Source of the DNA: an uncultured bacterium
GTDB lineage: Bacteria; CAYUVA01
Length of the DNA stretch: 38,491 nt
Direction of reading: 5' to 3'
Assembly (NCBI GenBank): GCA_964448115.1
Contig: CAYUVA010000044.1
Location: 1-38,491 of the forward strand
The notes beneath the pieces were generated by a model. That model saw nothing but the letters and a program-made list of their open reading frames with translations, searched no databases and was not told the DNA's origin. Position numbers and translations under genes: made by a program. Positions 1 to 9,274 of this stretch are shown piece after piece; position 1 is the first letter of the stretch; every line of letters starts with the position of its first letter.

Positions 1-590
1 CAGTAGGAAGGATACCTTAATAGATCGAACCTGGTGAAATCGTATTTATTGAACTCCCCTTCGCTTGGCGACCATGTTGCCTTGTTGGATACCACTTCAC
101 CGTCGCTCCGATAAAAAAGATTGGGGATATCCTGCAAGGACATATCTTGCGAAATAATAGACTTCACTAACCTCGGAAAAGGCATCTCAGCATCACCTTT
201 TATTATGTAGTCTATTTGCGGTACAAATTGGAGTATCTCTTCAGCGAAGATACTGGCTGTCAAACCTCCAACTATGATAGCAAGGTTTGGATTTACCTGT
301 TTTGCTTGCATGGCAAACACAGCCACATCATAGCTGGTCTGTTCCCAGTGCAATGGTATTGCCAGGATCCGGGGATTCAATTCCTTTATCAATCTCTGGG
401 GGGTTAGCTTGGGTCGAAGTGCTTTCTCAATGCTCCAGTGCGCTATGGCTACTTTTATGCCCTGTTTATCACATTCATTTGCCAGTGAAAAAATACCATA
501 AGGTGGAATATTAACTCTACTGCAGGCTCCATAAGTACCGAAATAACTTCGCCGCTTGGGAATCACCAGGATGAGAAGATCGATTTGCAT
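1..590 (-). CDS. B12 (cobalamin)-binding domain protein, probably a B12-dependent radical SAM enzyme (partial; runs off the left edge)
   Basis: Not in the ORF track. Manual translation from ATG at 590 is open to the edge: MQIDLLILVIPK...IPPYGIFSLANE...LAIPLHWEQTSYDV...AKQVNPNLAIIVGGLTASIFAEEILQFVPQIDYIIKGDAEMPFPRLV...DIPNLFYRSDG. This is the typical N-terminal cobalamin-binding domain of class B radical SAM proteins. The CxxxCxxC motif would lie beyond the window. Confidence 0.8.
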   Translation of the reverse strand, partial: MQIDLLILVIPKRRSYFGTYGACSRVNIPPYGIFSLANECDKQGIKVAIAHWSIEKALRPKLTPQRLIKELNPRILAIPLHWEQTSYDVAVFAMQAKQVNPNLAIIVGGLTASIFAEEILQFVPQIDYIIKGDAEMPFPRLVKSIISQDMSLQDIPNLFYRSDGEVVSNKATWSPSEGEFNKYDFTRFDLLRYPSY

Positions 591-624
591 TATAGTATTT
601 AAGGTCAGATGATTTGGGATTCGA

Positions 625-1806
625 TTATTTCTTGGGCTTCATATAGAATAACCTACCGCCATATAGTTCCTCCTTAAACCTCTGAAAGCCCTCTATCGAT
701 TCGGCTCTCTTGGTCTCATCCACAGAGATAGCCTTTTTTACATACTTTTGACAGTATCCACATTCTTCACAGTTGATTGCATCACAGTCGATATCGATCA
801 TGCCCTCCAGGAATCCATCCAGCTTCTTATTATCAATGTATAAACCGATATCCTTTAGGAATTTATAGGTTCGAGCTAACCTGAGGGGATTTATCTTGAA
901 GGGCTTGAAGACGAAGTTGATCATGGACTTCAATCTTATCCTGCTTTTGTATGGGTAATGAGTAACAAGATCTAATAGATTTCCTTCATAGCTTCTTTGT
1001 GAGTATGCATTGGTGATCCTGATCAATTCATCGGTGGTAAGGTTTCTTTCCACGATCTTGAACTGGTCTATTCCGATTCGCTCGTATAGAGCCAGATCTT
1101 CGGGGCGAATGAAAGTATTGCGCAAAAAATTGATCGGCTCCACAAGGCAGTTTCCCACACAATTGAGCCTGGAATAATCAAGAAAAAATCCCTTAGCAGG
1201 GCTGTCAACTCGGGAAGCCTCGCAGGCATAAAGGTAATGATGAATATTATGGATGCAGTAAAAGGCGCAAAAGAGGTTGACGATGACCTTGAGTCTACCG
1301 GGGGCAGCTTGGGACATCTCGCTTAGCTTCTTGAAGTCCTTGGATAACCTGGTTACCGGAAGGATTATGTTGTCAGCCCCCAGATCAAGCCAGTTCTTGA
1401 GCAATCTTAAACTGGTAACCATTGAATAGCTTGAGACATCGACCTTCAGGTTCGGGTAGTTTCTTTTGATAATGGACAAAAAAAGTGGTAGAGAAACGGT
1501 TACCCGCTGCACATCATTCTCGCTAAGCCAATCGAGCAGCTTGCGCAGGTTTCGTTGTCCTTTGCGAGTAAACTCCCTATTGTGCCAGATCAATGAATTG
1601 ATCAAGTAATTGAAATGGATGCCCCTGGAGTGGGTTTGTTTGAAAAACTCCTCAGCCTGCCGTCTGCTGATATTAGAATAAAAGATCGCCGGTCTGCCGC
1701 TACCGATATCCTTAAATTTGATGGAACCGTAGAACTCGTAGATGCTACTAGTGTCTAACTTTTCCCATATATCTTCACTCCAGTTTGTCGCCACGCTAAG
1801 CTTCAT
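625..1806 (-). CDS. U32 'peptidase' family protein (Fe-S, UbiU/UbiV/RlhA/TrhP superfamily)
   Basis: GSGRP, HFNYLIN, VIVNLFCAFYCIH, FIRPEDL..YE..GI..FKIVER motifs; C-terminal Cys cluster CDAINCEECGYC. Confidence 0.8.
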   Translation of the reverse strand: MKLSVATNWSEDIWEKLDTSSIYEFYGSIKFKDIGSGRPAIFYSNISRRQAEEFFKQTHSRGIHFNYLINSLIWHNREFTRKGQRNLRKLLDWLSENDVQRVTVSLPLFLSIIKRNYPNLKVDVSSYSMVTSLRLLKNWLDLGADNIILPVTRLSKDFKKLSEMSQAAPGRLKVIVNLFCAFYCIHNIHHYLYACEASRVDSPAKGFFLDYSRLNCVGNCLVEPINFLRNTFIRPEDLALYERIGIDQFKIVERNLTTDELIRITNAYSQRSYEGNLLDLVTHYPYKSRIRLKSMINFVFKPFKINPLRLARTYKFLKDIGLYIDNKKLDGFLEGMIDIDCDAINCEECGYCQKYVKKAISVDETKRAESIEGFQRFKEELYGGRLFYMKPKK

Positions 1807-1845
1807 TTTCTCTTATTTAGGGCGATAGACATTCTAATAGCTAAA

Positions 1846-2523
1846 CTAGTCAACGAATCGGTACTTTAACAAGCACCAAAGGGCGGTGAAACCGTCTCGC
1901 CAGGTTATCTTCTTGCCCTCGTGATATTCCCTTCCCGCATAGGAGATGGGCACCTCATAGATGCGATAACCGGCTTTCATCACCTTTGCGGTAACCTCTG
2001 GCTCGAAGTCGAATCGCTTGGCGCGTAGCCTTAGGCTCTTTAGAATATCGGTGCGAAACAGCTTGTAGCAAGTCTCCATGTCCGACAGCGTGGAGTCGTA
2101 AAGCAGATTGGTTACCAGGGTCAAAAATCGGTTGCCCAGGTAATGCCTGAAGAACATGTTCTTGTGTTCGCCGGTGAAGCGAGAGCCATACACGACATCT
2201 GCCTTGCCCTTCAATACAGGCGCTAATAGCTTATGGTAGTCATCGGGATCATATTCAAGATCAGCGTCCTGGATGATCGTTAAATCACCAGTCGCCTCTG
2301 GAATGCCGCTTCTTATCGCAGCACCCTTGCCTTGATTCACCTGATGCCGGATCAGCTTATGATACAATTTCTGATTTTCGGTCAAGAGCTCGTAAGTGCC
2401 ATCAGTCGAACAGTCATCCACTATGATTATTTCCTTTTCGAGATCTACCGCGTTCACCCTGGCGAGTATTTCCAGAATGTACTGGCGCTCGTTAAATACG
2501 GGCATTATGATCGTGAGCTTCAT
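1846..2523 (-). CDS. GT2 glycosyltransferase (DPM1/polyprenol-phosphate glycosyltransferase-like)
   Basis: [57 protein letters not shown]. Confidence 0.92.
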   Translation of the reverse strand: MKLTIIMPVFNERQYILEILARVNAVDLEKEIIIVDDCSTDGTYELLTENQKLYHKLIRHQVNQGKGAAIRSGIPEATGDLTIIQDADLEYDPDDYHKLLAPVLKGKADVVYGSRFTGEHKNMFFRHYLGNRFLTLVTNLLYDSTLSDMETCYKLFRTDILKSLRLRAKRFDFEPEVTAKVMKAGYRIYEVPISYAGREYHEGKKITWRDGFTALWCLLKYRFVD

Positions 2524-2576
2524 TATGCGGATGCTCCATAATTAAAGAATGAAAGTACCAGTAAATGGCATATTTT

Positions 2577-4769
2577 TCAATATGACTCCGAGATCTTGAG
2601 CTTATCCGAGTCGCGCTTGATCTTTCTTATCCCTACCGAGTTGAAACTGACCGCAACTACAGTTGGATCATTCACCGCGACCACCACTCCTTTGCCATAT
2701 ATCGGATGATGAACCCTCATGCCAAGCAGAAACTCTCGTTCCGAGGCTGCTGCCTGGGATGATACCGAATATGCCTGCTGCATCTGTGATCTTTGCGGTC
2801 CGTATCCGAAATCCTGCTTAACTTTCCTCATCTTAGAGGGGATCTGTTCCAGCAGGTCTTGGGGAATCTCCTCGATGAACCTGGAGGGCGAGGGATAGTA
2901 TGTTCTTCCACCTAGCATGCGGCAGTAGGCATGCAGAAGATATAGCTCCCTCTGGGCACGGGTACATCCGACATAGCAAAGCCTCCGCTCCTCGTGGATA
3001 TTCTCCTGGTCATCCTTGCTATGAAGATGGGGAAGCAGATCCTCCTCCAGTCCGCATAAGAAGACCACCGGGAACTCCAAGCCCTTTGAGGAATGGAGCG
3101 TCATCAGGTTAACCGCACCCTCTTTTTGCTGGTATGTATCTACCGTAGTGGTCAAGGTGGCTCGATCCAGAAAATCGGCAATGCTTATCCCGCTATTAGA
3201 TTCGATAAACCTTGCAATGGCGTTGAGCAACTCGTTGACATTCTCCTTGCGATCTTGCGCGCTAAGGCTCTTGTCCTCTTCTAGGTATTCCATATAGCCG
3301 ATTTTTTCGATGAGATTGCGCATGAATGCCAGCGCATCCAGCTTTTCCATATCCCTACTTAATTCCTCTATAAGCGATAGAAATTCCTTGACCTTTCCAC
3401 GAGATATACTGGGGATTATCTCATTATCAAGACACTCCTTTAGGGCATCCATGAAGTGAAGCGAGCGCTCTTTTGAATACTCATCGACCAGTTGAATGGT
3501 TGTTTTTCCTATGCCGCGGCGAGGAACATTTATTATACGCCTGGCGCTTAAAGAATCGTAAGGATCGAGCAACATTTTCACATAGGCGAGCAGATCCTTA
3601 ATCTCCATACGATCATAGAAGCCGACGCTGCCGATAACTACATAAGGGATCCCCTCTTGAGAGAATATCTCCTCGAAGATCCTCGATTGCGCATTGGTTC
3701 TATAAAAGACCGCAAAGTCGCCATATTTGAGGTCATCTTTACCTATCAGGTATTGTATGGTCTTCAGCACGAAGATCACCTCGTCGCGCTCATCGCTTGC
3801 ATAGTACAGCTTTGCTTTTTCCCCCTTTTTATTCGAGGTCCACAAGGTCTTTGCTTTTCGCTGTGGATTCCCCTCGGCTATCTTGGTTGCCACATCAAGG
3901 ATGTGTTGCGTTGAACGGTAATTCTGTTCCAGCTTTATCACCTTGGCACCAGGATAATGTTTCTCAAAGGATAGAATATTGCTGATATCAGCTCCGCGAA
4001 AGCGATAGATTGACTGGTCATCGTCGCCGACCACGCAGATATTCTTGTGAATCCCGGTCAAGTGCCTCAGAAGCACAAACTGGGCATGATTGGTATCCTG
4101 GTACTCGTCAACTAATATATGCTGGAAACGTTTCTGGTATTTTTCGAGCACCTCCGGCTTTCCCTCGAAGAGCTCGACTACCTTCATTAGCAGGTCGCAA
4201 AAATCAAAGGCATTATTCATAAATAGCTGCTCCTGGTATCGACGATAGATTTCGGCAGCCGCCTGCAGATACGAATTATTAGCCCTTTGCATGAATAGGT
4301 TCGGTGGAATCAGGTTATTCTTGGCTCTGTCTATTGTATAGTGTACGCTCTGGGGGGTTATGGTGGATAAGTATATATTGAGACCGCTCATTATCTCCTT
4401 AATGAGCGCAATGGAGTCCTTGGTATCGTAGATGACGAAGTTGTCCTTGTAGCCGAGATCCTGCGCGTGAATATGAAGCAGCCTGGCGCAGAAGGAATGA
4501 AAGGTGCTTATCCAGAGATCGGGTAATGATTTCCCTAGCAAGGCACATACCCTCTCCTTCATCTCACCAGCAGCCTTGTTGGTAAAGGTTACTGCCAGGA
4601 TGTTGTAGGGATCGATACCTTGATATTTAATAAGATATACGATGCGGTATGTTATCACGCGGGTCTTGCCGCTGCCTGCACCAGCAAGCACTAACAAGGG
4701 ATCTCCATCATGGGTTACCGCTTCGAGTTGTTGGGGATTGAGTTGTCCTATTAACTCCATACTTTTCAT
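2577..4769 (-). CDS. pcrA: ATP-dependent DNA helicase PcrA/UvrD
   Basis: LAGAGSGKTRV, TFTNKAA, VDEYQDTN, VVGDDDQSIYRFRGA, LEQNYRST, YRTNAQSR, TLHSSKGLEFP, EERRLCYVGCTRA; C-terminal Tudor-like RVHHPIYGKG. Confidence 0.95.
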   Translation of the reverse strand: MKSMELIGQLNPQQLEAVTHDGDPLLVLAGAGSGKTRVITYRIVYLIKYQGIDPYNILAVTFTNKAAGEMKERVCALLGKSLPDLWISTFHSFCARLLHIHAQDLGYKDNFVIYDTKDSIALIKEIMSGLNIYLSTITPQSVHYTIDRAKNNLIPPNLFMQRANNSYLQAAAEIYRRYQEQLFMNNAFDFCDLLMKVVELFEGKPEVLEKYQKRFQHILVDEYQDTNHAQFVLLRHLTGIHKNICVVGDDDQSIYRFRGADISNILSFEKHYPGAKVIKLEQNYRSTQHILDVATKIAEGNPQRKAKTLWTSNKKGEKAKLYYASDERDEVIFVLKTIQYLIGKDDLKYGDFAVFYRTNAQSRIFEEIFSQEGIPYVVIGSVGFYDRMEIKDLLAYVKMLLDPYDSLSARRIINVPRRGIGKTTIQLVDEYSKERSLHFMDALKECLDNEIIPSISRGKVKEFLSLIEELSRDMEKLDALAFMRNLIEKIGYMEYLEEDKSLSAQDRKENVNELLNAIARFIESNSGISIADFLDRATLTTTVDTYQQKEGAVNLMTLHSSKGLEFPVVFLCGLEEDLLPHLHSKDDQENIHEERRLCYVGCTRAQRELYLLHAYCRMLGGRTYYPSPSRFIEEIPQDLLEQIPSKMRKVKQDFGYGPQRSQMQQAYSVSSQAAASEREFLLGMRVHHPIYGKGVVVAVNDPTVVAVSFNSVGIRKIKRDSDKLKISESY

Positions 4770-4811
4770 CGATCTGTCTATTCGGTGTTTTTTTTCAATT
4801 GGTTAGGCATC

Positions 4812-6227
4812 CTAGAAGGGGGATACAGACAGGTAGGGCCACCTGTAACCTTTCAGGTTCATTGCGTCCATGGCAATAAGCTCAAGAAGAAGCCTCGAAG
4901 GAGCCATGCCAGAGGGAAGCTCGAAGCTTATCCCATACCAGTTATCCCGAGGAGCAAGATCCGCGGACCAGCCATCATCCCTCAGGTTATAGCCAGCATA
5001 TTCTCCATCTATATAGATGCCTACTCCATTGACTGGTAGCACTCCATCAGGATCGGTGGCATAAGCTAATATACGCAGGTTAGCTTGTTGATCGCTATAA
5101 ACCTGAGTGTCCCAGTATCCACCAAGCATAACTAGTGGCGATTGGTTCGGCGTCCATCGCCAGATCTCGCAACCCTCAGTAGGATTGGCAGTACCACAAA
5201 AAAGGTAGTCATTATATGAGCAAAAAGATCTTGCACCATAGTTACCCCAGTTGCCGAATCCCTTAGTGGCAGCCGGTATCCAGTTGTCTCCATCTTGGGT
5301 GTATCTTACCTCGGCTCCCTGGTCCGGATTGAAGGTGCCTACCCATAGTTTGTCATTGTAAACATACATGTTCCACATATAGATATTAAGCCTGGTGCCG
5401 AAGCCGCCGGTCATGCGCGCCTTATAATGCCTGCCATCCGAGGTGGAATATATTGCAGCCCCCTTGCCAATGTTCATGGTACCAAAGTAAAGCTCGCCCT
5501 CATATATCGAGGAGCACCAGACGGCAGTGTTAGTCGGATCCCCGAAACCGCCGGTCATAACCCAGTTAAAATCAGCGCCATTATTGCTACACAAGATGCC
5601 GCAACCGGCTTGCTTGTTCCAGACACCGACATAAAGCTGTCCGTTGTAAACGATCATCTCGCTGGCATCCTCGTTGGCTTTATCTCCCAAGCCGTCCCTG
5701 GCAACTATATTCCACTGATCCCCATCGGTACTTTTATATATCCTGAAGCCCTGAGCTGTATTCCATACCCCAGCGTAAAGGGCGTCCTTGAATACCGCCA
5801 TCGAGCGTATGGACAGGTTGAGGTTCATATCACCGAATCCCTTATCTACTACCCGCTCCCAGTCGATTGCATTGCTACTGCGCCAGATCTCGCAGCCATA
5901 ACTAGTGTTGTTTACACCGAGATACAGCCTCTCCTTGAAGATTGCACTCGCCCGCACACCCTCATTCTCGATATTGCCCAAGCCATGGTTCACCACCCGT
6001 TGCCACCAACGACCATCGGTGCTTATCCAGACCTCTGCTCCTTTTAGATTCATGGTGCCGCAGACTAGGTAGCCATTAAAATCGACCAGGCTCCAGGCGT
6101 AGCGGTTCTCTATATCATCTATACCACCAGCAACCATCTGCTCCCAGGTGCCGGCCTCGGCCGCATACCAGGTCGTAGCCATAACGACAATAAGCGCTAA
6201 TGTGATCCTTCTAAGATTCATTTTCAT
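4812..6227 (-). CDS. Secreted 7-bladed beta-propeller protein with a C-terminal beta-rich domain
   Basis: Signal peptide (MKMNLRRITLALIVVMATTWYAAEA). Seven ~48-aa repeats W..V..GFG...N......(F/Y)...LY.GT.N...G.EIW.S.DG, then a ~110-aa C-terminal domain ending RWPYLSVSPF. Confidence 0.8.
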   Translation of the reverse strand: MKMNLRRITLALIVVMATTWYAAEAGTWEQMVAGGIDDIENRYAWSLVDFNGYLVCGTMNLKGAEVWISTDGRWWQRVVNHGLGNIENEGVRASAIFKERLYLGVNNTSYGCEIWRSSNAIDWERVVDKGFGDMNLNLSIRSMAVFKDALYAGVWNTAQGFRIYKSTDGDQWNIVARDGLGDKANEDASEMIVYNGQLYVGVWNKQAGCGILCSNNGADFNWVMTGGFGDPTNTAVWCSSIYEGELYFGTMNIGKGAAIYSTSDGRHYKARMTGGFGTRLNIYMWNMYVYNDKLWVGTFNPDQGAEVRYTQDGDNWIPAATKGFGNWGNYGARSFCSYNDYLFCGTANPTEGCEIWRWTPNQSPLVMLGGYWDTQVYSDQQANLRILAYATDPDGVLPVNGVGIYIDGEYAGYNLRDDGWSADLAPRDNWYGISFELPSGMAPSRLLLELIAMDAMNLKGYRWPYLSVSPF

Positions 6228-6265
6228 TGCGACCTTTACTCTTTAGCTTGTTAATCTTATAGGCT

Positions 6266-6294
6266 AATATACTTAAAGGATCAACCATAGACAA
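6266..6294 (-). promoter_or_regulatory. Candidate sigma70 promoter for the leftward propeller-pcrA-GT2-U32-rSAM run
   Basis: Minus strand TTGTCT-N17-TATATT in the short divergent intergenic region. Confidence 0.35.
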
Positions 6295-6305
6295 TCGATC
6301 TTGCG

Positions 6306-7367
6306 ATGGCGAAATATCAAAGAAAGACTAAGAAGATAGCTATCGGCAATGTACCCATAGGCGGTGACAGCCCGATTGCCGTGCAGTCGATGACTAAGAC
6401 CTCTACTTGCGATATAGATGCCACGGTGAAGCAGATACTAGGGCTTGAGGCTGCCGGCTGTGAGCTAATCCGGGTGGGAGTCAAGGATGAAGACTCTCTG
6501 CAAGCGTTACCTTCAATAATAAGCCAGGTAAACATCCCGGTCATAGCTGACATCCACTTTAAGGCAGAGCTTGCGCTTGGTGCCATCGAAGCGGGAGTGC
6601 ACAAGCTCAGAATCAATCCAGGCAATATAAGGGATAAAAATAAGCGAAAAAAGGTGGTACACGCCGCCAAAGAGAGAAACATCCCTATCCGCATAGGAAT
6701 AAATGAAGGCTCAATCCCCACCGAATGGAAAAAAAGATATGGCACCGATATCGGTTCAGCGATGGTGCATGCTGCCCTCTCTGAGATCGACTTGTGCGAA
6801 AAGGAAGGATTCGAGCAGCTGGTGATCTCCATGAAGGGATCCGATGTGATGAGCACCGTATCGGCATATCAACGGATTGCACAGCTAGTAGATTATCCGC
6901 TTCATTTGGGCATCGCTGCCGCCGGACCCTATCAGCAGGGATGCATAAGGACTGCACTTTGCCTTGCCATACTGTTGAACCAGGGCATCGGCGACACGCT
7001 GCGCGTCTCTTTGACCGCCGACCCGATCAGCGAAGTTCAGGTCGCCAGAAGGATTCTCCACGACATGGGGTTGAGAGATCTACCTCTCCCCACCATCTTA
7101 GCATGTCCAACCTGCGAGAGATTGAGACTTCAGATAATAGAGCTGACCAATGCGGTGCAGGAAAGGCTCAATCAAGTAAACTCCAATATCAAGATCGCAA
7201 TAATGGGCTGCGAGGTTAACGGACCCGGCGAAGCCAGGTTGGCAGACCTTGCGATCACCGCATCCGAGAAGCAAGCGATAATCTATAAACATGGGCGCAT
7301 AGTGCAACGCATACCTCTTGAACACGCTGCAAAGGTCTTCCTTAACATGCTCGATGACATGATCTGA
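6306..7367 (+). CDS. ispG: 4-hydroxy-3-methylbut-2-en-1-yl diphosphate synthase IspG/GcpE
   Basis: PIAVQSMT, IADIHF, RINPGN, RIGINEGS, GIGDTLRVSLTADP, CPTC and MGCEVNGPGEA [4Fe-4S] ligands. Confidence 0.95.
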   Translation: MAKYQRKTKKIAIGNVPIGGDSPIAVQSMTKTSTCDIDATVKQILGLEAAGCELIRVGVKDEDSLQALPSIISQVNIPVIADIHFKAELALGAIEAGVHKLRINPGNIRDKNKRKKVVHAAKERNIPIRIGINEGSIPTEWKKRYGTDIGSAMVHAALSEIDLCEKEGFEQLVISMKGSDVMSTVSAYQRIAQLVDYPLHLGIAAAGPYQQGCIRTALCLAILLNQGIGDTLRVSLTADPISEVQVARRILHDMGLRDLPLPTILACPTCERLRLQIIELTNAVQERLNQVNSNIKIAIMGCEVNGPGEARLADLAITASEKQAIIYKHGRIVQRIPLEHAAKVFLNMLDDMI

Positions 7368-7408
7368 CCATTGATCTACTATCGCCAGTCCATTAGATTA
7401 TCAGCATT

Positions 7409-9274
7409 GTGCTTATCAGCAGGTTTCGATCAGTTACCTCGTTCAAAGGCATTGCCCGACTGCATGCCCTCATATTGGTTCTTCTTGCATTGCTAATTAC
7501 TTTCAGACTTGCTGGCTACTGCAAGGAGGCTTCTGATACAGATCGGGACAAAGAGAAGGTTTCGCTGGCTACTCGGCTATCAAAACAGGATCCGAGCAAT
7601 TTCTCCTTTTTCATCTCCCAACGAAGCTGCGAACAGTTGTGCGCTCATGATGCGTTAGATGCGGTCGATAGGTTCGTGGCTGCATTCTATGTGGCAAGGA
7701 AAACGCCTTATGGCATGGGCATCGGTCCCTATGGCTCCGGCTATGGCTACATGCTGGGTGTGGGAGGCATTCCAGCCTCGCGTATAGCGGTTTTTATCGA
7801 TGGCATTCCCCACCAGCAAGCGTTGAGCGGGCAGTATGTGCCTGATTTTTATCTATTGACCTCGCTTGGATACATGGAGGGAATACTTGGTCCCTCACCG
7901 GTGCTTCATGGCAATGGCGCAATGGGATCCGTTCTGGCAATATCGACCCCGCGAAGGCACTTTGAGGGCTCATCCACCCGCTTCACCCTTTCAAGCGGAG
8001 ACCTGGGCAATAAAGCCAACTATATCCAGCATAGTGGCTTGTATGACTCCAACCGCTACTCGGTAACACTTGGTGCGGTTACCGGTAAGGGGGAAAGGGA
8101 TCACAGCAGCTTCGATGCCGGGGATGTGAGGATTAGCTATGAACGAAGCTTTGGTTTGAATTGGAGTCTTGGCGGCTCTTTTCGCTTCATGGAGTCGATC
8201 TACTCGGAGCCGGGGAGCGTGCATTCTCCATCAAAAAGTCAAACCGATAACAGCGCTCATGCAGCCAGCGTAGAGCTAGGATGGCAATCGAGCAAGGCAA
8301 GTATAACAAGCACGGCTTATTACTCCGATAACCTGGTGCGAGCATCCAATGGCTATGTCTCGGCGGGCAATGTGCTCGCTCTAAGGCTCAAAGGGGAGTA
8401 CTTCTATGGCATGGATAGCAAGATTACCTGTGGCGCTGATGTTAAAAGGTGCCTGGCAAAAGCCTCCAACTCCACTACCGATACAGACTTTGGCAAACAT
8501 ATTGCGTTAGAGTCGGGCGTTTATAGCCATGTAGTGCACCGATTTCAACCGGGCTTGGATCTCACCGCCGGGGTGCGCCTGGCATACTATGAACCGACCG
8601 GGGCGCTGCTTGCCCCGCAGGTCGGCTTTGCCTGCCAGGCTTCAAGAAGGTTGGTCCTAAAGGGCGGTTATGCCCGCGGCTTCAGGTTCCCTTCCATTCG
8701 TGAGCTTTATATGTACCCGGGACCGAATACAGATCTGCTCCCTGAATACCTGAACGGATACAGATGCGGCGCTGAGCTGATAATAGGCAAAAGATCGACC
8801 TTGACCTTTGCCGGATTTTACAATAAGGGAGAGCATCTCATCGAGACAACGGGCAGCTTCCCCGATCTGGTATTGAAAAATAGCGATGACAGTGAATACT
8901 GGGGCATATATACCAGGTTATCATACTATCCAATGGAGAGATTCTTCCTCAACCTCGATTACTGCTGGAGGGCGCCCTCGGTCAATGTCGCCTATACGCC
9001 TAAGCACAAGCTGAATGGGATAGCATCTTATGCGCTGGGGCGCTTCGAGGGGGCTGTGTCGCTTAGATATGCCAAACAGACCTATTCTGATAGCGATGAG
9101 CAGCTTCCTTTAGAGGATTATTTTCTGATCAACCTGTATCTCTCGGGACGGATCACCGATTATTTAAGATTATGGGTCAAGTCGGAGAATCTGCCAGGCA
9201 GCGCGCATGAGACCATGTATAGTTATCCGTTGCACAAGGCGCATAACACCGTGGGGCTGACCTTTGATCTTTAG
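7409..9274 (+). CDS. TonB-dependent receptor (divergent)
   Basis: Plug-like segment (RIAVFIDGIP...GPSPVLHGNGAMGSVLAISTPR); barrel motifs LTAGVRL, YARGFRFPSIRELY, NTDLLPE, LEDYFLINL. GTG start uncertain. Confidence 0.8.
   Translation: MLISRFRSVTSFKGIARLHALILVLLALLITFRLAGYCKEASDTDRDKEKVSLATRLSKQDPSNFSFFISQRSCEQLCAHDALDAVDRFVAAFYVARKTPYGMGIGPYGSGYGYMLGVGGIPASRIAVFIDGIPHQQALSGQYVPDFYLLTSLGYMEGILGPSPVLHGNGAMGSVLAISTPRRHFEGSSTRFTLSSGDLGNKANYIQHSGLYDSNRYSVTLGAVTGKGERDHSSFDAGDVRISYERSFGLNWSLGGSFRFMESIYSEPGSVHSPSKSQTDNSAHAASVELGWQSSKASITSTAYYSDNLVRASNGYVSAGNVLALRLKGEYFYGMDSKITCGADVKRCLAKASNSTTDTDFGKHIALESGVYSHVVHRFQPGLDLTAGVRLAYYEPTGALLAPQVGFACQASRRLVLKGGYARGFRFPSIRELYMYPGPNTDLLPEYLNGYRCGAELIIGKRSTLTFAGFYNKGEHLIETTGSFPDLVLKNSDDSEYWGIYTRLSYYPMERFFLNLDYCWRAPSVNVAYTPKHKLNGIASYALGRFEGAVSLRYAKQTYSDSDEQLPLEDYFLINLYLSGRITDYLRLWVKSENLPGSAHETMYSYPLHKAHNTVGLTFDL

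Noticed and set aside
216-514. Two short + strand ORFs (216-407, 287-514)
   Set aside because: They are antisense shadows of the B12-binding protein gene on the minus strand.
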